DNA of 63,544 bases, the filler included, from Klebsormidium nitens (Eukaryota; Plantae; Klebsormidiophyceae): NCBI GenBank assembly GCA_000708835.1. It is 7 parts of 7 records of this genome, joined end to end, with 100 filler letters (N's around TTAATTAATTAA, not from the genome) between each part and the next. Parts side by side here need not be neighbours in the genome. Positions count along the whole stretch, not along the records: positions 1 to 6,168 come from DF238430.1; positions 6,269 to 13,445 come from DF238360.1; 5 more parts are not named here. One strand, written 5' to 3'. Within the stretch, counting starts at the first letter, position 1, and each line of letters starts with the position of its first letter. The notes under the pieces were generated by a model. It saw nothing but the letters and a program-made list of their open reading frames with translations, searched no databases and had not been told where the DNA came from. Below, one piece after another: positions 1-11,254 of the stretch. Made by a program: the position numbers and the translations under genes.

Positions 1-410
1 GCGACGAGCAGGAGCCGTCCGCATCTCTGATCGCCGATCCAGGCCTTCTCAGTCGATGCTGCCTGCATGCTGACGATGTCGTTGGTCCGGTCCGTCTCGA
101 AGACCACCGTCATCGTGGACAGGTCCGGAAGCGTCGCCGGCGGTCCTTTCAGCCCGCTCCTCCTTAAGTAGTCGGTCATCGATCTGACTGCAGCCCTAGC
201 CTCGGACTTCCAGCCGTCTAGGAATTCCTTGGCGGCGCCGGAGCGCACGTCTAGCACGCCACCCGCCATCTCTCCGAGTCTGGCCTCTCGAGGGTCCTTC
301 ACTTCCTTAAGCCAGTTTTCGTCGAAAGTGTCGCGCGAAACCGCCCGGTTGACCCCATTTCCATACGATTGTCGGTCAAGTAGTATATGAGGATTGTTCG
401 CGGATACCGC
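1..410 (-). CDS. Unknown coding fragment running off the left edge
   Basis: Manual translation gives a stop-free minus frame from ~410 to 1 (…TFDENWLKEVKDPREARLGEMAGGVLDVRSGAAKEFLDGWKSEARAAVRSMTDYLRRSG…). GC-rich; no family recognised. Confidence 0.35.
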
Positions 411-540
411 GCTTCATAACCCGGCGGTTCGCGGGTAGCCGGTACCAGTCCGTACTTGTATGGACCCAATCCGGTATTATTATTCGTTTCCTGTCCGAAG
501 AAGCGCCCGGTACGGGCGACAGTTTGGGCGAAAATGGTAA
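313..540. mobile_element. Small element with imperfect inverted termini, copy 1
   Basis: 22-bp motif at 313-334 is identical to 5406-5427. 30-bp motif at 514-543 is identical to 5852-5881. The two motifs are 17/22 reverse-complementary. TAAGC flanks both sides (308-312, 541-545). Confidence 0.45.
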
Positions 541-1428
541 TAAGCCGCGCGAGGCACGAGAGCGTCATAGTATTCGGCCAGTTCGAGCACGGCTTTCGGG
601 AGCTCGGAGGGGCCCGGTTCGCCGAAGTCGCGTGGCGCGTACGTTCGCAGCCTGTCGCCTCGCTTCACCACCATGGCCGTCTTCGTAGCACCTCTAGCTC
701 CAGCTCGCCTCCGATCGCGCGTGCCCGGATGGCAGCCGCGTGTTCATGTACGCTCTACACTCCCAAAAACGTACGTGGAGCTCTACCACAGGCTGAAGCA
801 ACAGACTATGGTATTATCTTGATAGGAATGGCAAAGCGGAGCTCGTGCAGTTTATAATACTCGAGGGCATGCCTGCGGTTGCAATTCTCATACAATTCTT
901 CGTGCTGCAGAGGGCGCTCAGCAGATTGTATACTTTGCACTCAGCAGATTGGTTTGCAGCATGGGCGCGTACAGGCAGGTATGTGGCACCGCCTAGCTGG
1001 TCAGCAATACTGCGTGCTGTTCCAGCAGCATCGTATGAGTGTGCGCATGCAAAGGCCAAGCGTTGAGCACTGACAGTAGGGTAGCTGTATTCTCCTTCAT
1101 AGATCATAGATTGAAACGAAAGATGCAAAGAACTGAGACCGTGCTGGACTGGACGTCGTGGTTCTACTGTCCCTTGCGACACCCAGGCTTGCTACTGTTG
1201 ATAACCCTCGTTCTTTTTTCAGTTTTCAGCAAGTATCCAAGCATACTTTATTTTGAAGAAGCTGTCCCCGAAAGAGGAATGACGGCGCTTATGCAATGAT
1301 CTCGAGCGGATCTGAAGCACCAAGATCTTAAGACTGTCTAGGCACTGTTGTCAGAAGCAATATTCTGATACATTGAACATCGGCTGGATGAATATGGATA
1401 CAACTATTGGGGTTTCCCCACGTTATTG

Positions 1429-1900
1429 TCATGCGGAAAGACCGCACAAAAGTCTCACGATGAACGTATTGTTCCTCTCTATCGCAGCTTCAAAACGAGT
1501 TCGTTCTGAGATGTTTTTGAGACGCTTGACCGCGTCAGCGCAGAGAATGTCGTGGCACTTTGCGACATCTACCACGAAACCGAAGCCGAAATTGCGATCC
1601 CAATTGTTATCGGTATCAGCTACCGTTTTCAACTTGCTCAAAAACACGAGCAGGCTTTTCTCCTCCTCGGACCTTTCCTCGTCAGGAACCTGCCGAAAGA
1701 GTTCGAACGCAGTCCCGATCATTCTCGAGACCCCCTCCTTCTGTCCGTGCGTCAGCTCGATCACCATTTCATCATCGCTGTCCGACGGGGTTTTTCGCTG
1801 CTTCTTCGGCGGCGGCGCTGCACTGGCGTCCTCGGCTTCGGGGAGAGGCTTCTGCGGGATGCGAGAGAATATAGTAACTCGCGATGCCATCCAAAAATCT
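1429..1900 (-). CDS. Orphan gene, putative 3' exon
   Basis: Protein-like ORF (…PPPKKQRK…EEKSLLVFLSKLKTVAD…) with an NLS-like PPKKQRK. Its 5' part (1855-1915) is paralogous to 2287-2350. Confidence 0.45.
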
Positions 1901-1971
1901 CTCTTAGAAGATCGTGGACATAAAAGAGGAATGACTGTGACTAGGCATTTTATGACCACAACGTCCGACGG

Positions 1972-2350
1972 TTACATCTTCGTCGGACCTGTGATGAGCA
2001 ATCTGAATGCACCTGTTACGAAGCTCGTCGAAAAGGCCGCATGTGGCGGGCCGAAATTCTTACTCACCGTTGTCGATTTGTGTTCCCGCTTCCTCGATCC
2101 CTTTCCCTGCCGCCTCTCTGTCTTCCTCTTGTCCTTTTCCAAGGGTTGCACCGAGTCCGGTCTCTTTCTCTCCTGCTGATCCCTGGGAAGGCTTGAGCCC
2201 GGCGCCTGCCTCTCATGCCCCCGCCCCTCCTTAGGGAGCTGCCTCTCTTGCCCCTCCCCTTCCTCGATTTTGGGGAGATGTTTCTGCGGGATGCGAGAGA
2301 AAATAGTCACTCACGATGCCATCCAGAAACCAATCTCAGAAGATCGATCA
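1972..2350 (-). CDS. Orphan gene segment, paralogous to 3268-3480
   Basis: 2062-2270 is a diverged copy of 3268-3480 (peptides …PGSSLPRDQQERKRPDSVQP… vs …PGSSLPGDQQERERPDSVQP…). Confidence 0.4.
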
Positions 2351-3267
2351 AGGACATAAAACAGGATTGACCGCGACTCTCGAACACGCATATAATAACC
2401 AAACAAATCAATGAGAAGTCCATCGCGACATGTGCGACATTCGACGGCTACATCGTTGTCAGACTTGTGGTGAGCGATNNNNNNNNNNNNNNNNNNNNNN
2501 NNNNNNNNNNNNNNNNNNNNNNNNNNNNNNNNNNNNNNNNNNNNNNNNNNNNNNNNNNNNNNNNNNNNNNNNNNNNNNNNNNNNNNNNNNNNNNNNNNNN
2601 NNNNNNNNNNNNNNNNNNNNNNNNNNNNNNNNNNNNNNNNNNNNNNNNNNNNNNNNNNNNNNNNNNNNNNNNNNNNNNNNNNNNNNNNNNNNNNNNNNNN
2701 NNNNNNNNNNNNNNNNNNNNNNNNNNNNNNNNNNNNNNNNNNNNNNNNNNNNNNNNNNNNNNNNNNNNNNNNNNNNNNNNNNNNNNNNNNNNNNNNNNNN
2801 NNNNNNNNNNNNNNNNNNNNNNNNNNNNNNNNNNNNNNNNNNNNNNNNNNNNNNNNNNNNNNNNNNNNNNNNNNNNNNNNNNNNNNNNNNNNNNNNNNNN
2901 NNNNNNNNNNNNNNNNNNNNNNNNNNNNNNNNNNNNNNNNNNNNNNNNNNNNNNNNNNNNNNNNNNNNNNNNNNNNNNNNNNNNNNNNNNNNNNNNNNNN
3001 NNNNNNNNNNNNNNNNNNNNNNNNNNNNNNNNNNNNNNNNNNNNNNNNNNNNNNNNNNNNNNNNNNNNNNNNNNNNNNNNNNNNNNNNNNNNNNNNNNNN
3101 NNNNNNNNNNNNNNNNNNNNNNNNNNNNNNNNNNNNNNNNNNNNNNNNNNNNNNNNNNNNNNNNNNNNNNNNNNNNNNNNNNNNNNNNNNNNNNNNNNNN
3201 NNNNNNNNNNNNNNNNNNNNNNNNNNNNNNNNNNNNNNNNNNNNNNNNNNNNNNNNNNNNNNNNNNN

Positions 3268-4127
3268 TTCTTACTCACCATTGTCGGATTGTGTTCCCGC
3301 TTCCTCGAGCCCTTTCGCTGCCGCCTCTCTGCCTTTCTCCTATCCTTCTCCGAGGGCTGCACCGAGTCCGGTCTCTCTCTCTCCTGCTGATCCCCGGGAA
3401 GGCTCGACCCTGGCGCCAGCCTCCCCTGCCCCTCCCCCTCTTTGAGGAGCTGCCTCTCCTGCCCCTCCCCCTCCTTGAGGAGCTGCTCCCCCTCCTCAGG
3501 GGGCTGCCTCTCATGCCCCTGCCCTGCTTCAGGGAGCATAGACCCTGGCGCCAGCCTCCCCCGTCCCTGTTCCTCCTCAGGGAACACCAATGGCGGCGCC
3601 TGTCTCTCCAGCTGTACAGGCGTCTGCTCCTCCTGCCCCTGCCCTGCCTCAGGGATCATCGACCTTGACACAAGCTTCTCCTGCCCCTGCCCCGCCTCAG
3701 GGAGCATCGACCTGGGTGCCAGCTTCTTTTCAGGGAACACCGATGGCGGCGCCTGTCTCTCCAGCGGTTCAAGCGCTTGCCCCTCCTTATTCTCCCCAAA
3801 AAGCAACGCCTGCCTTTCCTTCAACCCAGAAAACTCTTCCTTATTCATTTCAGCAATCCTTCTTTCTAGTTCATCTATGTGCCGCTCCTGTGAATGCATG
3901 GCTTCAAAAAGAACTTGCACCAACCCTTGATTCAAAATAGGCATATATCTTGTGTGAATCTGTCTAGACCGTTGTGGCATGGTTTTGGGAAGATACTCCA
4001 ATACCTTTTGAGATAGTTTTCCATAATCTTCCCAGATATCATCCTCAACCTGTCTCCTGCTACAGAAACGTTGCAGACTCTTTATTTCTGCAAGATGCTG
4101 CATGTTGTGAACTTCATCTTTCAAACC
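3268..4127 (-). CDS. Large exon of an orphan gene with coiled-coil and Glu/Gln/Gly peptide repeats
   Basis: Open frame of >280 codons beginning after a TTGCAG acceptor near 4128, with repeated PEAGQGQE / LERQAPP / EGEGQ units. Further exon-like pieces lie upstream to ~5280. Confidence 0.55.
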
Positions 4128-5405
4128 TGCAACACAACATCACAAACATGATCATGACAAGGATGACATTATTCTAGCAAGTGCTGCATGCTTTGAACTT
4201 CATCCTTCAAACTTGAGACACAATATCACTGGCCACTGGCAAGGGTTCAATCTTAACGCTTGATATTTCAAGACCCAACATCAAGTATGGACATAAAAGC
4301 CATGATCGGGGTTGCAGAAAATACCAAATAAGAAACTGACCTTCAATGGCTGCTTTTACTCTAGTAGCGAAACCATCGCTTCTGGGTTTCTTGACTGCAG
4401 AAATGCCCGCCATCATAAAACCTGAGCAAGGTCTAGACTATTGACAGTGAGCTAAAACACTACATAGATTGCAGTATGTGCTTGTATACGTGCAGATCTC
4501 CATGGGAATATATTTTGAGCGGGAGATACATATCAGAGAGTCATCCAGAACTGGTTGCAGAAGAAGTGCTCAAAATTTGTGGGGAATGGCTGGCCCTAAA
4601 AGATGAAGCATAGATTGAAAGCTCTTGTGCTACAGTATCCATTGCTTCCGGTAAAATGCATGTCACCTGAGCGGGTATCCCCTGGCAAAATAGAGCAAGT
4701 CAAGAGCTGCAGGTGAGAAGCACCAATCTGAAAACCAACCAAGTGGCGTGAATGTTACTTCAGTCCCTACGTTTGGCGATTCTTCAAACATTGTGTTCTT
4801 GCGCTCAGTGTTCCGGTGCTCCGCAGTCTGATGCAATTTTGCACCGAACAACGAACGAAATAGGTACAAACCATTAGGGTTAAGATCTCAAACGGTTGAG
4901 ATTTGCTCGAGTTTTGACCAATCAAGATGCGCCCACTGGACATATCTAGACAATTCTGAACCGTCGATTTATACGGGTGCAACATGTTTACGTCACATGA
5001 CATCAACTAAAACACGACTGGTCCTACGTGCCGTGAGGGTGTGCAGCACAGTAAGCATCATATTTGCAACTCTTCACCGTAGACTACCTCTACTTAAGGC
5101 CGTATTCGTTTGGCAAGCAGCTCATTCCCAAAGTACGGAGTCTCAGCCGCCCCTTCCCTTTCAGCATACCCTTTCACCTCGGATATTCTACCAACCCGGA
5201 CCACAGAATCCCTCCGGATTCCAAGCTCTAAGCCACAGGTGGCTACCCCCGGACAGAGTGCTCCTTTACAAGACAAAGCGCCTCAATGGCAAACTACAGA
5301 GAAGCTGTCTCGGAGGGCATGTTGCGAGGACTTCGGAAGGCGGTCCCCAAGCAAGGGCAAGTCACTCTTCGATATAGGTACGCTTCTGCACCTTTGTTTT
5401 TGTTA

Positions 5406-5878
5406 CAGTTTTCGTCGAAAGTGTCGCCTGAGATATGTAACGCTTGAAGATCTGAATGTGCGTTTAAAACCCCTTGAAAATTCTCAGAATGTACTGTATG
5501 TTCTAATTATGAGCATCACTTGTTACCGACTGGAAGAGTGGCTAGTACTGTCCTAAGCGTGCCCCGTCAACATACGGTATGAGACCTCCATCAAAAGGCC
5601 CATCTTCGAGCTTCCCTGAAGCGCGATTGCACTTTGTGCAATGTACCAGCATCGCTTGGATTTGGGCTGGAGGTCTATGGCATGGCATAGGAGCATCGGT
5701 ATTTGTCCACAAAAAGGATCAGTATTCTGCAGTACCCAGTTCCTCTGGTTAGGTTCTGCCTACCAAGGACGCTGGGCGGCTGAGGGATAGCTAGTTGACT
5801 CTGGTATTATTGCTATTCATCGCCTTTTCTTGTGACCCCCATTTCACAACGGGGCGACAGTTTGGGCGAAAATGGTAA
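5406..5878. mobile_element. Small element with imperfect inverted termini, copy 2
   Basis: Same two terminal motifs as 313-543 around an unrelated ~424-bp interior; no matching TSD. Confidence 0.4.
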
Positions 5879-6769
5879 TAAAGGTGCCATAGGGGCACAG
5901 CACTAATCAAATAGATGTGTTTATTGCTACGTCTTTTCAGCTTTCTGAGGTGCAACAGGGGCAATCGGTCTTCAAACTAGCGTTGTTTATGCTCTGCCTT
6001 TCAATCTTTCTGATCTGGTTTGCAGAAATTGAGTATACATGGTTGCAATGTCTTTGTGGTTGATGAAGAGATTATACTTGGCAGAGTCGTCAGCAAGATC
6101 AAGCCCGTGCTGGAGGTGAAATATTGTGAGCGCTCAATTCATTGTATCAACTCTCCTGCAGATTCCCCNNNNNNNNNNNNNNNNNNNNNNNNNNNNNNNN
6201 NNNNNNNNNNNNTTAATTAATTAANNNNNNNNNNNNNNNNNNNNNNNNNNNNNNNNNNNNNNNNNNNNCTTCTCCACAGATATGCCCCCTGCTCCAAGAG
6301 CGTCAAATATCCCACTTCCAATAGCCCCCCAAGACCCTTGGCATAGGCGTGAAAATCGTCTTGAAGTCTAGCCAAGACCCGATCCGCCCTTGCCTCACCG
6401 GCCGCAGGCGTGTCAATGGCCACCCCCCGGGCCTTCTCCAAGTTCAGAGGATTCTCTTGCTCCTCCAAGCGAGGTTGACGACTTGATGGTACGGCTCGTC
6501 CTCCCACGGTAGCAGCAAGAGACGGCCGTTGCCACCAATGCGCTCCCCGCAAAGCTCTCCATTGCAGCCGGCGCCACAAAAGCATGACGATTTCGGAGGC
6601 GCTGCACCTGGCCGATGCCACTAGGTGTTGCCGTGCACTTTTGATGATGGAGGTCGCGTTGGCTATTTCGGGTGTCTTCCTCGTTTTTGTTGAGACACGG
6701 GCATTCAGGGTCCAAATCTCTGGATGGTTTTAGAGTTTCAGGATCACGAGGTGGGCGGTAGGTCGACGA

Positions 6770-7700
6770 TTATTTGTAATTACGGTTACACGATTAAATG
6801 CCTGGGGATTACAACGTTACATTCGAATGACTTGGCGATGACCGTCGTTATTGTGTAGATTGGATAATAGCTGTTGATGTACGGTATAGAGTAAAACATT
6901 CGGATTTATCGGGTGACGATCCACTGAGCTCACTAGGCTAGAGTGTAGACCAAGGGATAGGTTGTGGACTCGGAACACTCCTATACATTGTGTGAAGTTG
7001 ATTGTTTAAATATCACTTTCAACAACGCTGTATTTCAACTGGTTATGGGCCTACGGCGCTAGGGAGGAAGGATCAACCAAGGGTGCTCTCCGTGTCGTGA
7101 CGACTTTTGTAAAAAGCGGTCTCTTTCACTTATTTGCATTGACTAGGCAACACGCGAAATCCCCAAGGAAGGATACCACGTTCCGTCCTAAGGAGAAGCG
7201 GCAGAACGCGGTGCAAAGTACCCTCTGGTTCTTTTTTATCAATAAAGGCATCGGCGGAGGCGGTTGGTTTTATCACGGGTGCCCTTTGAGCCAAGTGACA
7301 TTTGAGATCCCTTATAACGGGATCAGGTGGCAGGGAAAGCCTGAAAGGAAGTTTTCCACCTTTGATTTTGAGAAAGAGAAAAAGCGTGAGGAAATTTTAA
7401 AATGGCTGACGGGTTCAAAGGCCACAAAGACAAGCTTGGTGTAGACAACTATATGAGGTGAAGTCGCGAGATCAAGTTTTGGTTGACGTTCAAGGATCTA
7501 TGGGACGGAGTGACGGATCGAGAGGGGCACGCATTTCAATCAACGAAAGCGTTGTCCATCATTGGGTTGGTGTTGAGGACTATTATTCGGGGACGATTGA
7601 GGCGTGCAGACCGCCAAGAAGGCTTGAAATATCCTTGAGACGATTTACAAGAGAAAATCCAATGCAAGGAAGATACAGCTTAGGCAAGAGCTGCAAGGCG
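6770..7700 (+). mobile_element. Degenerate Ty1/copia 5' end (LTR remnant, PBS, gag)
   Basis: …TTTCAACT then GGTTATGGGCC at 7041-7051 (copia-type PBS). Broken gag peptide 'VEDYYSGTIE…TAKKA*NILETIYKRKSNARKIQLRQEL' at ~7570-7690. LTR start approximate. Confidence 0.6.
7041..7051 (+). promoter_or_regulatory. Primer-binding site GGTTATGGGCC (copia/Osser half-tRNA type)
   Basis: Matches the GGTTATGGGCCC PBS of Drosophila copia-like elements; follows an LTR-end-like TTCAAC. Confidence 0.55.
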
Positions 7701-9641
7701 GGCGCCCAGGCCCGGCTCCTGCTCGAAGTCAGCGGCGGAACTGTGGAAGCATCCCACTTGAGAGGAGGAAGCATTCGAAGCTGCTAAGGTAGGTATTATA
7801 GAACCCAGAAGGAGAAACGAACGAAGTCCATGGATGAAAAATACGGTTTTTGTTGGGGAAGAGGACGTGGGAGCTTGTTAGCAAGCGAAGAGGGCGAAGC
7901 TGGTTCCTATAAAGTGGGTTTACAGGATCCATTGGGATGCGCTTGAGAACATTGAGTGGTGCAAGTCGCGACCGTGGCAAAAGGATACGTGCACAAGCTA
8001 CCTATGGTGCTCCTTGTTATAATGCTAACATATAGATTTCGTGGCGAAATCCTCAGTTGGTACGGGATGATCTGGACCAAGAGTGCCAATTGTGCCATAA
8101 CACAGGGGTGACCAACACGATAAGATGATTTTATGTAATAAGTGTGTCGAGGGCTAGCGTATGAAGTGTTTAACACCATGCAGCTGTAAAACAGATACCT
8201 GAAAAGAGTGGTTCTGTTCTAGATGTTGCACCGCCACTAGAAAGGGATTGCCTACATAGATTGTCTAAAGTTTCACAATACTCGACCAAGAAAGGATGTA
8301 GATAATTAAGCTTGTGTTTGGATGCAGGTTTCTATTAAAAGAGAAAACTTAAAACTCTATTGGAATTGACCACTGTGTTGTTCTTATTCGCTTAGAAAAC
8401 TTAAGTGTCCCATGGTTAAATCCCCTTTCTCTTTCGTCCCCGCTCCGTGTGCTTGGAAACGGAGTCGATCATGGAGAGCTGCTGTCATGTGCAAGCATTA
8501 TGACATTAGAGTTGGCTTCTATGAATTGCATTCAAGACGGACTCAACTTGGCTTGCGTCCGTCAGAAACCGTTTGCGCCCGATCTAGATGGAATGACGCA
8601 TGGAATGGCTTTACATGAATGCCGATATTATAATTAAACTTTCATTTCTTTTGCATAACTTGCTATATGTGTGACGGCNNNNNNNNNNNNNNNNNNNNNN
8701 NNNNNNNNNNNNNNNNNNNNNNNNNNNNNNNNNNNNNNNNNNNNNNNNNNNNNNNNNNNNNNNNNNNNNNNNNNNNNNNNNNNNNNNNNNNNNNNNNNNN
8801 NNNNNNNNNNNNNNNNNNNNNNNNNNNNNNNNNNNNNNNNNNNNNNNNNNNNNNNNNNNNNNNNNNNNNNNNNNNNNNNNNNNNNNNNNNNNNNNNNNNN
8901 NNNNNNNNNNNNNNNNNNNNNNNNNNNNNNNNNNNNNNNNNNNNNNNNNNNNNNNNNNNNNNNNNNNNNNNNNNNNNNNNNNNNNNNNNNNNNNNNNNNN
9001 NNNNNNNNNNNNNNNNNNNNNNNNNNNNNNNNNNNNNNNNNNNNNNNNNNNNNNNNNNNNNNNNNNNNNNNNNNNNNNNNNNNNNNNNNNNNNNNNNNNN
9101 NNNNNNNNNNNNNNNNNNNNNNNNNNNNNNNNNNNNNNNNNNNNNNNNNNNNNNNNNNNNNNNNNNNNNNNNNNNNNNNNNNNNNNNNNNNNNNNNNNNN
9201 NNNNNNNNNNNNNNNNNNNNNNNNNNNNNNNNNNNNNNNNNNNNNNNNNNNNNNNNNNNNNNNNNNNNNNNNNNNNNNNNNNNNNNNNNNNNNNNNNNNN
9301 NNNNNNNNNNNNNNNNNNNNNNNNNNNNNNNNNNNNNNNNNNNNNNNNNNNNNNNNNNNNNNNNNNNNNNNNNNNNNNNNNNNNNNNNNNNNNNNNNNNN
9401 NNNNNNNNNNNNNNNNNNNNNNNNNNNNNNNNNNNNNNNNNNNNNNNNNNNNNNNNNNNNNNNNNNNGGGCAGTGCAATAGACACACCAACATGTGCAGC
9501 CGCCGCGGTTATCAAAAATGGTGAGATTCGGTGATTGTGGTCAACCGAATTACTTTGATTAGGGTTTTGAATCAGTGAGCGCCGGCGTGCGTGCACGGCA
9601 GTGAGGTGGTTATATCTTGGAGGTTAGGCAATTGAGAGGAC

Positions 9642-9846
9642 TGTCAATGTGCGCCGCAAATGAGGACATCGAATGCTGAGACTATTACTAGTAGTGTGAG
9701 TGTGAACTAGCATAGTGAGCCTACTCGCGTGTGTGACTTACAGCTTCTTCCAAGCAACCAGCTAGTTCTACTGAAATGTAAAAGTGTAACTTGGTCTGTC
9801 TGTTGTCAGTGAGATTAGTCTCATTGAGATAGCACAAGAACTAGCA
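9642..9846 (+). repeat. Putative copia LTR
   Basis: TGTCAA…AGCA termini, preceded by purine-rich TTGAGAGGAC and followed by GGTT and copia internal domains; no second LTR available to confirm. Confidence 0.4.
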
Positions 9847-11030
9847 GGTTGGTCGGGAGAAGCTGTAGGCTAGTGAGCCTAGCAGGCTAGTGAGCCTAGT
9901 GAAGAAGAAATCTTTGAGACAATAGTGTTTCTCGTGTTATATATCATTCAAAGAGAAGTGTGTAGAGGGAAGGCAGCCGCTCGTGAGGCACTTCGTGTTT
10001 CCTCTTCGAATGCGATTACCATCGATGAGTGATGAGCAAGAGTGCGGGGCACTACGATAAGACCCGACGACGAATACCACAATACAAATCTAGAGGTCAC
10101 TCCAAGAAAGATCATTGCCCAAAGACGGGGGAAATTGCGGGCCGGCAAGGGGTTTGCCTTTGTAGCTGGAAGGGAGCAGATGCCGGATTAGGATTTCTTG
10201 ATTCCAAAGCAAGGCCTATACAATGACGGCGATCAAGAGCTTGTTCACAACGTTGGAGATGCTTAAGCAAGGAACAAGGGCAATGAAGTTCGGGAACAAA
10301 GGGTTGCTTGAGGTATGGCGGAGTTGCGATGCAAGACGCCCTCTGGTGAGCGGAGTAACTTTTTCGCGTTGTGGCGTCTGCCAAGATACTCTTTTCGGTG
10401 ATGAAAGCAACCGCAATAGGGGCCAAGGTTGTGTTCCGCGGGGAGGTGTGCGAATTGTCCATGGAGATCATGCTTTGGGCGGAGGAGAATGCGGAGCGCA
10501 CGTCGATGATTTGCCGACCAAAGGCAACATGGGGGGACATGCTTGCTTGTGCCGGGAGCCGAGAGCCCGGTGATTTGGCATTGAAGGTTGAAGCATGCTT
10601 GCTATGAGAGAGCTTGGCCAAGATGGTCGAGGGTTCGGGGTGTTTTGAGAAGCGAACACCTTGATGTGCGATCATTGCATTATGAGGAAGCGAAGCCGAG
10701 ATCCATGTCCCAAGGAGTCGACTCCAAGCAGATTGAAAACCCCCTCGGACTCGTGCACATGGATGTGTGCGGGCCTGCGCTGTTGACGTCAAAGGGCCAA
10801 GTAAATACTTGAACACTTCCTCGACTACGAGAATAGGAAGGTTTTGGTGGTGCAACCAATAAAGCAAAAGAGCAACGTCATGGCGTTCACGAAGAGCGTG
10901 TCTGCCCGCTTGCAGTTGCAATCCGGGAAGGAGATCAAGGCGGTGCACACGGATCGAGGCGGGGAGTACGTCAACGAGGTAATGACAACTCTCCTTGAAA
11001 AGATCCTAGTCGCCCTAGTCGTGTAAGCCC
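9847..11030 (+). mobile_element. Degenerate Ty1/copia internal region A (gag/protease/integrase remnants)
   Basis: 'PLGLVHMDVCGP' (~10740) and 'KEIKAVHTDRGGEYVNEV' (~10930-10980) integrase motifs; many stops and frameshifts. Confidence 0.8.
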
Positions 11031-11254
11031 TTGTCGAAAGAGCCCTAGTTGTATGAGCCTTTCGACTTGGATGGACGTAGGTCTTATCCCCACGAGGCAT
11101 GCCGACACTCAGCCCGGTGTAGGGGCTACTTCTACGGGGGAGGCAATAATTAGGAGCGAGGATTAAGTTGAGGGGGACGGCGGTCCAAAGAAGACGGCGA
11201 GAAAATACCCGGCACCCGGTATCTTTTCTCTGATGAAGTCGAGTAAACCCGTGA

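Noticed and set aside
2479-3267. Long ORFs in the track spanning poly-X (also 8679-9467, 15841-16518, 25535-25864)
   Set aside because: Artefacts of translating N-gaps.
6213-6224. TTAATTAATTAA palindrome recurring at 6213, 13490, 18664, 28141, 31014 and 37238
   Set aside because: Always embedded in N-runs; an assembler spacer with stops in all six frames, not biological.
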